A stretch of 64,000 bases of DNA from Vulcanimicrobiota bacterium (GCA_963795855.1 CAWCIZ010000001.1:608001-672000); one strand, 5' to 3'; shown: positions 22,547-34,023, counted from the first letter of the stretch. The notes: generated from the sequence alone by a model not told the origin. A program made the numbers and translations.

Positions 22547-23654
22547 TACCGATTTGCGATCTCAAGGAGCAGTACCGTACGCTTCGCGAGCAGATGCTGC
22601 GCGCCGTGGACGACGTTTTCTCCAGCGGCCACTTCATCAACGGGCCGAACGTCAAGGCGCTCGAAGCGGAGGTCGCGCAATACGTCGGCGCGGCGCACGG
22701 CGTCGCGTTGAACTCCGGAACGGACGCGCTCCACTTGGCGCTGCGCGCGCTCGACATCGGAGCGGGCGACGAAGTCATTACGAGCCCCTTTACGTTCGTG
22801 GCGACCACAGAAGCCATCGGCATTGTCGGTGCAACGCCGGTTTTCGTCGATATCGATCCGCGCACGTATAACCTCGATACGCGGCAGATCGAGGCCGCCA
22901 TCACGCCACGGACTCGCGCGATCCTTCCTGTGCATCTGTACGGGTGCCCCGCACCGATGGACGAGATCGTGGCCATCGCCGAGCGCCACAACCTGGCCAT
23001 CGTGGAAGATTGCGCGCAATCGATCGGCGCGACGATCGGTGACAAATTCACCGGCACCTTCGGAAAATTCGGCTGCTACAGTTTCTTCCCATCGAAGAAT
23101 CTCGGCGCGTACGGCGACGGCGGCATGCTCGTGACCGACGATCAGGCGCTGGCGGACCGGGCGCGGAGCCTGCGCGGTCACGGCGGCCGCGTGAAGTATC
23201 ACCATGAGGAACTCGGCGTCAACAGCCGGCTGGACGAGGTGCAGGCGGCGATTCTGCGCGTGAAGCTGCCGTATCTGGAAGCGTGGATTGAAAAGCGCCG
23301 CGCGGCAGCGGGGCGCTACACTGCGGCCTTCGCGGGCTCCGATTTACAGGTGCCGGTCGAGCCGGCGGACGCGCGTCACGTCTATCACCAGTACACGCTG
23401 CGCGTTCCGGATCGCGATCGAGTGCAGCAAGATCTCAAGGCTGCGGGCGTCGAGAGCATGATTTACTATCCGGTGCCGCTGCATCTGCAGAAAGTGCACG
23501 CAACGCTAGGGCTGCGCGAAGGCGCGTTTCCGCAATCGGAACTTGCGGCGCGCGAGGTTCTGTCGATCCCCATGTTCCCGAACTTCGCCCCGAGACGCAG
23601 CAGCAAGTTGTCGATGCGGTGTTCGCGGCGTGCCGCCGCGAGGCCGTTGCCTAA
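22543..23654 (+). CDS. DegT/DnrJ aminotransferase, WbpE/WlbC-like (frameshift near C-terminus)
   Basis: NSGTDAL, FTFVAT, VHLYG, EDCAQ, SFFPSKNLGAYGDGG, NSRLDEVQAA, YYPVPLH. Confidence 0.92.
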
Positions 23655-24728
23655 ATGCGCGTCCTGAGCGTCGTCGGCGCCCGGCCGCAATTCGTGAAAG
23701 CGGCGCTGCTCAGTGCGGAGCTCGCGCGGCGCGGCATGGACGAAGTCGTCGTGCATACGGGGCAGCACTACGATCGCGAAATGTCGGCCGTGTTTTTCGA
23801 AGAGTTGCGCTTGCCGGAGCCCGCGCATAACCTAGGCGTTGGCGGAGGCGGCCACGGCGAACAGACCGGTGAAATGCTCAAGCGTTTGGAGCCGGTGATG
23901 CAGCAGGAACGCGCCGACTGGGTGCTCGTGTACGGCGATACGAACAGCACGCTCGCGGGAGCGCTCGCCGCCGCGAAGCTGCACATTCCAATTGCGCACG
24001 TCGAGGCCGGCTTGCGTTCGTTCAACCGTACGATGCCCGAAGAGATCAACCGCATCGTGGCCGATCACATCGCGGATTTATTGTTGGTGCCGACGTCCCA
24101 CGCGGCAAAACAGCTGGCGCAGGAGGGCATCACGCAAGGTGTGCGCGTCGTCGGCGATCTGATGGTCGATCTGGCGCTCCAAGCCGCCGCCGGCGTGCCC
24201 GCGCGGCCGCCGATCCTCGACCGGTTCCAACTGCAGGCCTCCGCGTACGCCATTGCCACGATACACCGCGCTTCGAACACGGACGATCCGCAGACGTTTC
24301 GACGCATCCTGCAAGGGCTGCGCGCCGTCGATTGGCCGGTCGTATTCCCCGTTCATCCGCGTACGCGTGAGGTGGCGCGTCTCGCGGGCGCCGGAGACGG
24401 CGACAATCTGATTCTGTGCGAGCCGCTGCCGTATGCCCAGATGCTTGCGCTGGTTGCGCGTTCCGCGGCGGTCTTTACGGATTCGGGCGGATTGCAGAAA
24501 GAAGCGTTCGTGCTTAAGGTCCCCTGCGTCACATTGCGCGAGGAGACGGAGTGGCTCGACACGCTGGAAGACGGCTGGAACGTTTTGGCCGGCAGCGACC
24601 CCTCCAAAATCGCGGCCGCCGCAAAACGCCCTGTGCCGATGCGTCAAGCGACGCCTTACGGCGACGGACACGCGGCGCGCAACATCGTGGACGCCCTGCA
24701 GGAACGGGCGGCATCCTATGCAGCCTGA
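23655..24728 (+). CDS. Non-hydrolysing UDP-N-acetylhexosamine 2-epimerase (WecB/WbpI/WlbD-like)
   Basis: VGARPQFVK, HTGQHYD, GDTNSTLA, HVEAGLRS, PEEINR, TDSGGLQKEA, YGDGHAA. Confidence 0.93.
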   Translation: MRVLSVVGARPQFVKAALLSAELARRGMDEVVVHTGQHYDREMSAVFFEELRLPEPAHNLGVGGGGHGEQTGEMLKRLEPVMQQERADWVLVYGDTNSTLAGALAAAKLHIPIAHVEAGLRSFNRTMPEEINRIVADHIADLLLVPTSHAAKQLAQEGITQGVRVVGDLMVDLALQAAAGVPARPPILDRFQLQASAYAIATIHRASNTDDPQTFRRILQGLRAVDWPVVFPVHPRTREVARLAGAGDGDNLILCEPLPYAQMLALVARSAAVFTDSGGLQKEAFVLKVPCVTLREETEWLDTLEDGWNVLAGSDPSKIAAAAKRPVPMRQATPYGDGHAARNIVDALQERAASYAA

Positions 24729-25734
24729 GGCCATCGTTCCGGCTGACCGCGTCGCAATCACGGCGGCGGTTGCGGTTTACAACGAAGAAGCGCATATCGC
24801 GCGCTGCCTGGAAGGTCTGCTCTCGCAGCGTTGCGACCAGCCGATCGAGATACTTATCATCGACGGCATGAGCACCGATCGCACGGTCGAGATCGCGCAC
24901 AGTTTCGCACGCTGGGATCCGCGTATCAAAATTCTGCGCAACCCGCACCGTCTGCAAGTCTATGCGTGGAATATCGCGTTGCGCGAAGGGCGCGGCGAGT
25001 ATTTCGCAATGATTCTCGGACACGCGCAGTATGCGGAAGACTATTTCTCCTCGTGTCTGGAAACGCTCGAGCGAACGGGTGCGGTGGCGGTCGGCGGCGT
25101 CCAGCGACCGTGCGCGAGCAGTTTCGTCGGCAAGGCGATAGCCTGGTGCATGTCCAGCCCGCTTGCGATGGGCAATACGCGCTTCCGCTATACGAACGAA
25201 GAAGAAGAGACGGACTCCGTGTTCTCGATTTTCACGCGCATGGAAACGCTTCGCGCGGCCGGCGGCTACGACGAACGGCTGCCGTTTGACGAAGATTCGG
25301 ACCTGAATTATCGGCTGCGAAGCAAGGGCGGCAAACTGATCGTCTCGCCGTCGATTCACGTGCAGTATCACGTCCGCCGCAGCCTGCGAGCGCTTTGGAA
25401 ACAGATGTTCTGCTACGGCTACTGGCGCCGCTGCTGCCAGATGAAGAACGCCGACGCCGTGCCGGTTCGCGTCTTCGCGCCGGCGCTGCTCGTTGCGTGT
25501 CTTGCGCTTTCGGCAGTGACGGCGTTTACGCCGCTGCGCGCGGCTGCCGCGGTGGTTCCGGGGTTGTATGCGGCGTTTCTTGCTCTTACGTGCGTTGCGG
25601 CGGTTCGGCGCGCGAAGCTCGCGGCGGTCATGGTTCCCCCCGCCATCGCGACCATGCACGTCGCGTATGGCGTCGGCTGGTGGAAAGCGTTTTTGACGCG
25701 GCGCAACGGCGTACGGCTGGCGGCGGCGCCGTAA
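24718..25734 (+). CDS. Family 2 glycosyltransferase (ExoA-like)
   Basis: YNEEAHIARCL, IDGMSTDRT, GGYDE..EDSDLNYRL, C-terminal TM helices. Confidence 0.85.
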   Translation: MQPEAIVPADRVAITAAVAVYNEEAHIARCLEGLLSQRCDQPIEILIIDGMSTDRTVEIAHSFARWDPRIKILRNPHRLQVYAWNIALREGRGEYFAMILGHAQYAEDYFSSCLETLERTGAVAVGGVQRPCASSFVGKAIAWCMSSPLAMGNTRFRYTNEEEETDSVFSIFTRMETLRAAGGYDERLPFDEDSDLNYRLRSKGGKLIVSPSIHVQYHVRRSLRALWKQMFCYGYWRRCCQMKNADAVPVRVFAPALLVACLALSAVTAFTPLRAAAAVVPGLYAAFLALTCVAAVRRAKLAAVMVPPAIATMHVAYGVGWWKAFLTRRNGVRLAAAP

Positions 25735-25735
25735 C

Positions 25736-27616
25736 ATGTGCGGCATCGCCGGCATCGTCGGCAACGGCGCGTCGGCGCTCGAGCCCGACGTCCGCACGAT
25801 GCTCGAGTCGCTTTCGCGGCGCGGGCCCGACGGCAGCGGGCTGCATCGTTGGAGCAATGCGGTCCTTGGGCATCGCCGTCTGGCCATCTTCGATCTCACG
25901 GACGCCGGTAAGCAACCGATGCTCTCGCCCGATGGGCGCGTCGGCGTTACGTTCAACGGAGCGATTTACAACTTCACGCAGCTGCGCGAGGAGTTAATCG
26001 GGCGCGGCTACCGGTTTACGAGCCGAACCGATACGGAAGTGCTCGTGCATGGATACGATGCATGGGGCATCGACGCTCTGGTCGGCAAATTGCACGGCAT
26101 GTTCGCGTTCGCGTTGTGGGACGACGCGCGGCACACCCTCTATCTCGTTCGCGATCGTCTGGGCGTCAAGCCGATGTTCTTCGCCGAGCGTGGCGGACGA
26201 GTCGCGTTCGCTTCAACCGCGCGTGCGTTGGACGATGCCGGTTATGCGGGTAGCGTCGATCCGCATGCGGTTGCCGAATTTCTCCAATTCGGTTTCGTCA
26301 CGGACGAGCGATCGATCTACGAAGGCGTTCGTAAACTTGCGGCCGGCCATCTTGCCCGCTGGACGGCCGGCGGTTTGACCGTTACGCCGTACTGGAACAC
26401 CGGCACGCCCTCCAACGATCGGATTGGTTTTGAGGAAGCGGTAGCGGAAACGGAGCGCCTATTTCTGCGTGCCGTCGAAATGCGTCTTCAGGCGGACGTG
26501 CCGGTCGGCGCGTTGCTCAGCGGCGGCGTAGACTCAAGTTTGGTCTGTTGGGGCATTCGTGAACTCGGCGGCGACGTCACTGCGTACACGATTGCGACGC
26601 CCGGCGACGCATCGGACGAAAGCGCCGATGCAACCCAAACCGCGAGAGATCTCGGCATTCGTCACCGCGTCCTCGCGTTGGATCCCAATAATACGCCGGC
26701 GGTGGAGGATCTGACGGCCGCGTACGGAGAGCCGTTCGCATGCGCGTCGGCGCTCGGCATGCTCGCGATTTCCAGCGTTGTTCGGGAACACGCAAAGGTG
26801 TTGCTCACCGGCGACGGCGGCGACGACGTGTTCTTGGGCTACCCGAAAGATTTGTATTATTTTTCGGCACAACGTTTGGCGCGCGCGCTGCCGCCGGGCA
26901 CTCGAGCGCTCTGGAACGCGGCGCGCCCCATGGTTCCCGCATCAGGATCGTTTCGGCGCGCGCGGCATTTCATCGACTACGCGACGGGCGGTTACCCTGC
27001 CGTTCTGGCTGTTTCCGACGCGCTGCCGTATTACCGCGATGCGGGCATGCTGGGCGACCGCCTTCGCGGCGTACGCCTTGCGCGCTGGTCCCAGCCGCCG
27101 GCACGAAACGCGGCCCGGCGCATCATGGAAGAGCACTTGCGCTTCGAACGCGAAACGTATTTCGTCGCGGAATATCTGCCGAAGGTAGACGGCGGGACGA
27201 TGTTTCACGGTCTCGAGGCTCGCGGCCCGCTGCTCGATCAGCATCTGTGGGAGTTTGCTTCCACGCTGCCGTACGGCGTCCGGTTGCACCGCATGACTCT
27301 CAAAGCGATTCTGCGCGAACTCGCCCGGCGGCGAATCGGCGAGCGCGTCGCGCGCGGCGCGAAGCGCGGCTTCGGTATTCCCGTGCAACGCTGGCTCACC
27401 GGGCGGTGGCGTACGGATTTCCTGGAATCGTTCGGCGATTCGGTACTGGCGCGCGAAGGCTGGATCGATGCGCGCGCGGTGCGTTCCGGAATGCAAAAGC
27501 TTGGCGACGGAGAGACCGCGCCGAACCAACTATGGTATCTGTACGTGCTCGAGCACTGGATGCGACGCAGAAACTCGCAAGTGCTCGATGTACGGGAGGC
27601 CGCGGCGACGGGTTAG
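25736..27616 (+). CDS. Asparagine synthase-like glutamine amidotransferase (polysaccharide amidation, WbpS/WbqG-like)
   Basis: MCGIAG N-terminal nucleophile, HRRLAIFD, QPM, TDTEV, LLSGGVDSS, LTGDGGDD, KRGFGIP. Located in a sugar operon. Confidence 0.88.
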   Translation: MCGIAGIVGNGASALEPDVRTMLESLSRRGPDGSGLHRWSNAVLGHRRLAIFDLTDAGKQPMLSPDGRVGVTFNGAIYNFTQLREELIGRGYRFTSRTDTEVLVHGYDAWGIDALVGKLHGMFAFALWDDARHTLYLVRDRLGVKPMFFAERGGRVAFASTARALDDAGYAGSVDPHAVAEFLQFGFVTDERSIYEGVRKLAAGHLARWTAGGLTVTPYWNTGTPSNDRIGFEEAVAETERLFLRAVEMRLQADVPVGALLSGGVDSSLVCWGIRELGGDVTAYTIATPGDASDESADATQTARDLGIRHRVLALDPNNTPAVEDLTAAYGEPFACASALGMLAISSVVREHAKVLLTGDGGDDVFLGYPKDLYYFSAQRLARALPPGTRALWNAARPMVPASGSFRRARHFIDYATGGYPAVLAVSDALPYYRDAGMLGDRLRGVRLARWSQPPARNAARRIMEEHLRFERETYFVAEYLPKVDGGTMFHGLEARGPLLDQHLWEFASTLPYGVRLHRMTLKAILRELARRRIGERVARGAKRGFGIPVQRWLTGRWRTDFLESFGDSVLAREGWIDARAVRSGMQKLGDGETAPNQLWYLYVLEHWMRRRNSQVLDVREAAATG

Positions 27617-28818
27617 GAACCCGGATGCGGCGCCGGCTCGACTAAACCGGTTGCGTCTTGTGAACAGACGCGATCGAGACATGCTGAGAACTTCCGGGCG
27701 AGCGCTACGGACGACGGCAGAACGGAAGGGTCGCTCGACGACTCGTACCGGCCGGCCGCATAACGCGCGTACAATTCACGCAGCGCGCCTTTTGCGCTTT
27801 CCACGTCGTTCGCGAACCATCCGAGCCCAGCATCTCGAACCGTTTCGCGCATCACGCTATCCGCCGGGCCGAATACGAGCATCGGTCGCCGCGCTCCGAC
27901 GTACTCGAGATATTTGCTGCCGCGCTCGGAGGCTGTCGCGGGATCCATGCTGAGAAAGATGAGCAAGCCGGCTGAGTCGCGCTGGCGCAACATCGCCTCC
28001 GCTCGCGGCACGACACCATGCACGCGTACTTGCTGCTCCAGGCCCAAGCGTCGAGCATCCTCGAGCACCTTATCGTTGTCGGGCCCGTAAAAATCGATGA
28101 TCGCCGCTTCCGCCGCCGGATGTCGTTCGTTGCTTAGTTCGCCGAGCGCGCGGAAGAGGATCTCAGGGTTTCGCTTGCCGCCGTACATCGTGCCGGTATA
28201 CACGAGATTGAAGCGTTCGGGTATTTTTTCCGGTACGCTCTGCCACTCGGCGGCGTCGTATCCATTTTCAATCGCCACGACGTCGCGCCCGTGCAGTCGG
28301 GAAAAATCTCCCGCCAGTTCGGGTGATACGGTCGTGATCAGCGCGGCCCGCCGCATCAGCGAGAGTTCGAGGACCTTTTGAAGCGCGCGTTTGACGGGCC
28401 CCCAGCCCATGTACGCGTTTTCGCTCCAGGGATCGCGAAAGTCGGCGATCCAGGGCTTCCCGGTAAGGAGCGAAAGACACGCGGCGACGACGTGCGACGA
28501 CATGGGCAGCGCAGTTGAAAGAATGGCGTCGCAGCCGTCGCGCCTCATCAAGTGGAGACCTCGGTAGATCGCAGGTACAATCCACGGCGCTTCGGGGTCT
28601 GGAAACACGACGATGTTCTTGATTCGCCGCAGAATCGCACGAAACGCCGCCGTTTTCGGCGTACGGGGTATGATGGGCGGCGCTATTGCCGCGGGCTGTG
28701 TCAGGACCGTCACATTCCAGCCAAAATTTGCGGCATACTGTGCGATGTAGCCAGGCCGGAGCGCACCGGGAACCGGTCGCGGTGGAAAGCAGTAGGCAAT
28801 GAGGAGAGCCCGTTTCAT
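27613..28818 (-). CDS. Family 4-like glycosyltransferase
   Basis: IAYCFPP, PWIADFRDPW, NGYD, YTGTMY, SKYLEYVGARRP. Confidence 0.85.
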   Translation of the reverse strand: MKRALLIAYCFPPRPVPGALRPGYIAQYAANFGWNVTVLTQPAAIAPPIIPRTPKTAAFRAILRRIKNIVVFPDPEAPWIVPAIYRGLHLMRRDGCDAILSTALPMSSHVVAACLSLLTGKPWIADFRDPWSENAYMGWGPVKRALQKVLELSLMRRAALITTVSPELAGDFSRLHGRDVVAIENGYDAAEWQSVPEKIPERFNLVYTGTMYGGKRNPEILFRALGELSNERHPAAEAAIIDFYGPDNDKVLEDARRLGLEQQVRVHGVVPRAEAMLRQRDSAGLLIFLSMDPATASERGSKYLEYVGARRPMLVFGPADSVMRETVRDAGLGWFANDVESAKGALRELYARYAAGRYESSSDPSVLPSSVALARKFSACLDRVCSQDATGLVEPAPHPGS

Positions 28819-28829
28819 CGTGTTGCCAC

Positions 28830-30143
28830 CTAGGGGATCAGAATCTCCGCGGTTCCCGGCGCTAAATCGTCTTGCGGCGTTCCATTGAACGAGACCGTAC
28901 CTCCATCGAGAACACCGTTTCCGCTCAATGCAATGCTGTGCCGATAACCGCCTTCGTTGGGCACCTCTGCCGTGCCGGAATTCGGATTCACGGCAACCTC
29001 ACAGCTCCCAAGCAACTTTCTGCGGTAGTAACAGTACCGGAATTGTTGAACATAGGCTCCGCCCGAGGTCCGCAACTGCTCGATATCCGTCGCGTTCGTA
29101 ACCGGCAACATCGGTACGAACTGCGTTTCCGGAAGCACCTTAAACGTCGAAGGCGGCGAGGAATAGGCCGTCTGGTAGACGGAGTACTTCGGATCGTACG
29201 TGAGCAAAAACGAGGCGTAATCGAACAAGCGCTGTGGAATGACGTTCGAAGCGGTTCCGACACCGCGCGGCCCGTTGACGTAACACCAGAAGCCCGGACC
29301 GGCAGGTTTATGCAGGCGCCGCAAAAGTTGCAGCGTGAGAATTTGTGCGACTTGCTCGGCCGTCCATTGCGTATCGGCGAAACAGCGCTCGTACTGCACG
29401 CCGACAATGTTGCGGCCCTGCAGTACTGCAACTTTTGCGGGCACCACAGATGGACGTACGGTGAGCGTGTTGACGACCATCGGAAACCGGATCTGCGAGA
29501 GCGCATTTTCAACGCCTTGCGTCCACTGCTTCTGATCGAAGTTGCAAGGCAGCGGCTGCATTCCGTAAAACTCGTTCGTGTTGTCGACGAAGAGCAAGTC
29601 AATCGGCGTTCCGGCTCCCGGATTTTGCTCATGAATATCGTCGATATAATCGTCGACCACTTCGCGAGCGAATTGGGTCGCGCCGGCTTTTCGCACGTCG
29701 AGCAGATACGAACTCCCGGAATACGCACGGACGGCATTTCCCGTGCAGTCCATCGTCTCCAGTTCCGGATGGCGCATGATCTTCGGGAACTCGACCTTTT
29801 CCATCGGCTCGGGCACGAACGGATTGACGTAGAGCACCGTTTTGATTCCCGCGCGGCGCACCTCTGCGTACTGACTGTACACCGCGTATGCCCAAGTCAA
29901 ATAAGGCGCGTAGGCGCTTTTGTCTGCGGCGCGTTCCGTTGACGACCAAAGATATTCGGCCGTCTGTACGTGCTCGGGGACGCTCGAGGGCGGGTGAAGC
30001 ATTTCGGTATGCGTGCGCGGCTGCGGGCGCGGCGCTTGCGACGCGTCGGCGGACGCACCTGCGGAATGCGTCTGACACCCCAATGCGCCCAATACGGCAA
30101 CCAGAGCAGCGGATGTGAAAAAGCGTCGGAATCGCGCGTACAT
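28830..30143 (-). CDS. Uncharacterised lipoprotein, family member A (candidate glycoside hydrolase)
   Basis: Lipobox GALGC, HVQTAEYL, YAPYLTWAY, FVDN, QYERCF, GPGFWCY, YASFLLTYDP, GNGVLDGGT. Confidence 0.7.
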   Translation of the reverse strand: MYARFRRFFTSAALVAVLGALGCQTHSAGASADASQAPRPQPRTHTEMLHPPSSVPEHVQTAEYLWSSTERAADKSAYAPYLTWAYAVYSQYAEVRRAGIKTVLYVNPFVPEPMEKVEFPKIMRHPELETMDCTGNAVRAYSGSSYLLDVRKAGATQFAREVVDDYIDDIHEQNPGAGTPIDLLFVDNTNEFYGMQPLPCNFDQKQWTQGVENALSQIRFPMVVNTLTVRPSVVPAKVAVLQGRNIVGVQYERCFADTQWTAEQVAQILTLQLLRRLHKPAGPGFWCYVNGPRGVGTASNVIPQRLFDYASFLLTYDPKYSVYQTAYSSPPSTFKVLPETQFVPMLPVTNATDIEQLRTSGGAYVQQFRYCYYRRKLLGSCEVAVNPNSGTAEVPNEGGYRHSIALSGNGVLDGGTVSFNGTPQDDLAPGTAEILIP

Positions 30144-30180
30144 TCCGTTTTCATGATAGCGGATGCCCCCGCATGCATGC

Positions 30181-30214
30181 GAAAGGCCTGCAGCACGCGC
30201 TACAGGCCCTTTCG
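30181..30214. terminator. Hairpin or terminator between family members B and A
   Basis: GAAAGGCCTG...CAGGCCCTTTC inverted repeat. Confidence 0.55.
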
Positions 30215-30230
30215 TCACACGGGTAATGCC

Positions 30231-32343
30231 CTAGGGAACCAAAATCGCCGCGGTCTTCGAGGCAAGCGAGCCAGGCGCTGCCCCCGTAAAGGTAGCCGTG
30301 CCGCCGTCGAGCACGCCGTCTCCGCTAATGACCATGCTATGCGCGAAGCCTCTTGGATTCGGAACGTTCACGCTTCCACCGGTCGGATTAACCGCAATCT
30401 CACAGGCACCCACGAGCGAGCCTCGGTAGTAGCAGGCGCCGTAGTACTGAACGTACGCGCCGGTGCTGCTCTGGAGACTCCCGATAGTGCTCGGCGCGCT
30501 TGCCGGGCTTAAGGGCACGAAGCCTGTTTCAGGGAAGACCTGGAACGTTGACGGAGCCGTCGCGTACGATTCCTGGAAGAGCGAATAGTTCGGATCGTAC
30601 GTCAAGAGGAACGACGCATATGCGTAGAGGCGCTGTGGAATGGCGCTCGCGCCGTCGACGCTCGTGTTGTCGAGATAACACCACCAGCCCGGTCCGCTTG
30701 AACGTCCTTGCGCTCTAAGCAACGCAAGAGCTTCGATTTGGGAGTTCTCTTCAGCAGACCATTGCGTGTCGTTGAAGCACCGTTCGTATTCCCCGCCAAT
30801 GATGTTTGAAGAACCGAGGTAGTTCACGTAGGTCTGTGTGGTACTCGCGGTGGTGCCGAGTGCGTTGACGACAAAGTTCTGACTCAGTGTGGAAACGACG
30901 GTGTCGAATGCTTGCCCCCACGCCGCCGAATTGTAGTTGCACGGCGTCGCGCCCGTGTTGTACAAGGGACCGCTGTTATCGATGAACATCGCATCCCAGT
31001 CTTGCACGCCCGAGTCTGTACGGAAGAAGTTGGTGGTTGACGTAATAGCTCACGACGTCCGCGTAGTACGACGACGCGGCCGGCGTGCGCGGATCTGAAA
31101 GCAAGCCCGTACCGTTGTAGACGGGCACCGCATTGCCGCTGCAATCCATCGCGCGCGCGCTCGCGTATGAGCCCTTCAGATCGCTGAGTTCGTATTCGGC
31201 GTTCTGAGGCATGACGGGGTTGATATAGAGAATCGTCTTGATGCCCGCTTCGAACGTCGAGAGCATCGTGCTGGTTTTCGTGTACGCCCAGCTGAGGTAT
31301 GGTGCGTAAACACTCGGATTGGTGGCAACTTCAGTCGAACTCCACAAGTACGTCGCCGTCTGTACGTGCTGCATGGAGATCGTCATCGGTGCAGATGGCG
31401 TCGGTACGGATGTCGGTACTGAGGTTGGCGTGGGCGTAGGTGCAGGTGAGGCTGTAGGCGCGTACGTCGGTACTGCGGTCGGAGCGGCCGTTGGCGTTGG
31501 GGCTGCACTTGCCGTCGGCGCCGTACTGGGGGAAGCAGAAGCGGCTGGAGCCGGCGTGGCGGCCGAAGCGACCGACGTTGCGAAATACGCAACGGATGCG
31601 GACCCGGTGCCCGTCACCGTTGCCTGCTGACCGATCGAAACCGTTCCGGAAATTGACGTGGCCGCCACGATCCCGATTGGGATGGGCGGTCCGGACACGG
31701 GCGCGAGCGTCATGCCGTATTGCGTGAGTTTCTGAACCGTTCCCGTTACCGAAAACGGCGTCGGCGCAGCGGTGAATGCAGCCACCAGGTATGCCGTCAC
31801 TCCAGAGCTTGCCGCGCCTGCGCCGCTGATTTCTACGTACTGCCCGACGGCAGGATGCGCGTTCGCGTAGGTCGTCGTGGAGTTCGTCGTAACCGATACG
31901 GCGCTGCCGGAATCACTCCGGATCGTAAAACCGCTCGCGGTCGAACCTGTATACGTTCCACCGATCTCCAGGGTGCCCAAAGGCGCCGTGACGGTTGAAG
32001 AAGCGGATTGTTTTACGCTCGTCGCGGCGATCGTTCCGGCTGATCCGCCGCTCGTACCGGACACGTCGACGTTCTCGCCGACATACGGCGGGGTACCCGC
32101 CACGACGGTCGATCCCGACGTGGTAACAGTAACTTGCGAACCGCCGGTCTCTTGCAACAGAAACGCCGTCGCGGACTCGAATGCGGTGATGGTGCCGGAG
32201 ACCGAAATGATTTGCTGAGTCACCGAACCGGGGACGGTCGGGACGAGCGACGCGCCGCCGCCGCCGCCTCCACCGCCGCAAGCACTAAGAAGGCTCGATA
32301 ATACAAGCGCCGTACTGGTTACTCGCACACGCGAGCGGGACAT
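30231..32343 (-). CDS. Uncharacterised lipoprotein, family member B, with three N-terminal DUF5666-like beta repeats (frameshift ~31010)
   Basis: Lipobox LLSAC+G8, repeats ending (Y)VGENVDVSG / VGQYVEISG / IGQQATVTG, TAAPT linker, HVQTATYL; then FIDN, EYERCF, GPGWWCY, YASFLLTYDP, GVLDGGT. Confidence 0.7.
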
Positions 32344-32629
32344 GATGCAGCCCTCTTTGTTAAGGAGGGAGGCTCGACACTTACACTATCGGAACTAAGT
32401 GATAATCTTTTTAGCCTACTCCCCCTACGAGGAAGCGAGCGGAGCATCGTTCGGCGCGCAGTCCGCAAGCGGACACGGTCCTGGGCTCATTGGCCCCATT
32501 TTAATGAAATGGTCCTAAAAGCGCGAGAAAGGTCCCAATGTTGGGAAAGTCGGTACGCATACGGGACCGCGATCTGCCCACGTGGACCCCGTCATAAGTG
32601 CCATTCACTGTTCAGGCGAAGGGGACACC

Positions 32630-33268
32630 GTGATAACGACCGACACCGCACGCATCTACGTGATCGAGGGGCAGGTGCTTTTTGGAAAGGCCCTGTGTCA
32701 AGTATTTTCCATGGATCCCACGCTTCAGATCGTTGGGGATTCCGATAGCGTTACACCGACCGCCCTGGTAAAGGCGAAACCGGACATCATTCTGCTGGAC
32801 GTCGACGGCGGCGCACTCGAATTGGGTGAAGCGCTAGCCGCGTGCCGCGAGGCGGCACCGCAAGCGCGCGTTTGCGTTCTGTCCATGCGCCCGCAAGCCG
32901 AGATGATGCAATGCTGCCTGGCCGCGGGCGCAGACGGCTACATCATCAAAGACGTCACGCCGGCAGAACTCATTCGCGCCGTGAAAATCGTCGCGAACGG
33001 CGAGACGTACGTCGATCCACGCGTCGCCGGCGGCCTCCTGCGCCGGCGCAGCATGAGCAACGGCCGTCCGGACATCAACGAGCTTTCCGTCCGCGAGACC
33101 GAAGTGATTCGTCTGATCGCCGAAGGTCTCTCGAACAAAGAGATTAGCGCGCGGCTCAATCTCTCCGAGAAGACGATCAAGAATCACGTCAGCCGCATTT
33201 TCTCGAAACTCAACATTTACGCGCGTACGCAGGCCGCTGTGCACGCGATCAAAATGGGTTTGGTCTAA
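32630..33268 (+). CDS. NarL/FixJ-family response regulator (REC + LuxR HTH)
   Basis: PDIILLD, GADGYIIK, LSVRETEVIRLIAEGLSNKEISARLNLSEKTIKNHVSRIFSKL. GTG start after GAAGGGG. Confidence 0.93.
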   Translation: MITTDTARIYVIEGQVLFGKALCQVFSMDPTLQIVGDSDSVTPTALVKAKPDIILLDVDGGALELGEALAACREAAPQARVCVLSMRPQAEMMQCCLAAGADGYIIKDVTPAELIRAVKIVANGETYVDPRVAGGLLRRRSMSNGRPDINELSVRETEVIRLIAEGLSNKEISARLNLSEKTIKNHVSRIFSKLNIYARTQAAVHAIKMGLV

Positions 33269-33310
33269 GAAGTATGGTAACGGGGCGCGAGCGTATCGCG
33301 TCCCGTGCCG

Positions 33311-34001
33311 TTACTTTCGAGCCACGCCGAACATGACGTAGCGCCAATCGGGCGGTGCGATTTTGTCGAACAGCATTCCGTCGATCGTGCCGAACGCGCG
33401 CGCAAGAGCAGCGGACCTTCCGAAGAGGCCCGTGAACCCCGTCGTGGCGTATTCGACCGACGAGAATGGCGAGAGATACTCGAGCATTTCCGAGATGCTT
33501 ACGTACCGCCAGATCGAATTCCACTTCACGAAGCGGCGCCGCGCGGCCTGATGCAGCGGTGAGGCGCGCAAATTTTCCGCGAACAGCAGCACGCCGCCGG
33601 GCTTTAGCGCGCGATGCATTGCGCGAACCGCTTCAGCTTGGCGCGACGCATTCCCATCCCACGCGACGCCGCCGAGCAGCGACTTGAACGCGACGGCGTC
33701 AAAGTAATCCTCGTACGGGATCGCCGTAGCGTCGATCGCTTCGTACGTTATCCGATCGGCCACGCCGTAGGCGGCGTGCATCGGCGCCGCAATGTCGCGG
33801 TTGCTCTCAAGGTCCGAACAAACGGCCCAATGGCCCTGCAATGCGAGCCACAGCGATAGGCCACCCCGCCGGGCCCCAGACTCTCAAGCAAGTAGACGAT
33901 GGGGCCAAACGAGCGTGGCTTCTCCAAAACGCTAAGGCCCGGGACCAATTTACAACGTCCCACTCGATAACGTCATTCAGCAGGGACGCGCTCTCTCGCA
34001 T
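33311..34001 (-). CDS. Class I SAM-dependent methyltransferase (frameshifts ~33840-33880)
   Basis: IEWDVVNWSRAL, G-rich motif I near 33880, CSDL, DATAIPYEDYFD, RALKPGGVLLFAEN. Confidence 0.75.
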
Positions 34002-34023
34002 TGCGCCGTTATACCCAAAAGCA

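Noticed and set aside
31385..31570. Short tandem repeats here and at ~14895-14980 and ~16000-16080
   Set aside because: They encode Pro/Thr/Ala linkers inside CDSs; not CRISPR or mobile repeats.
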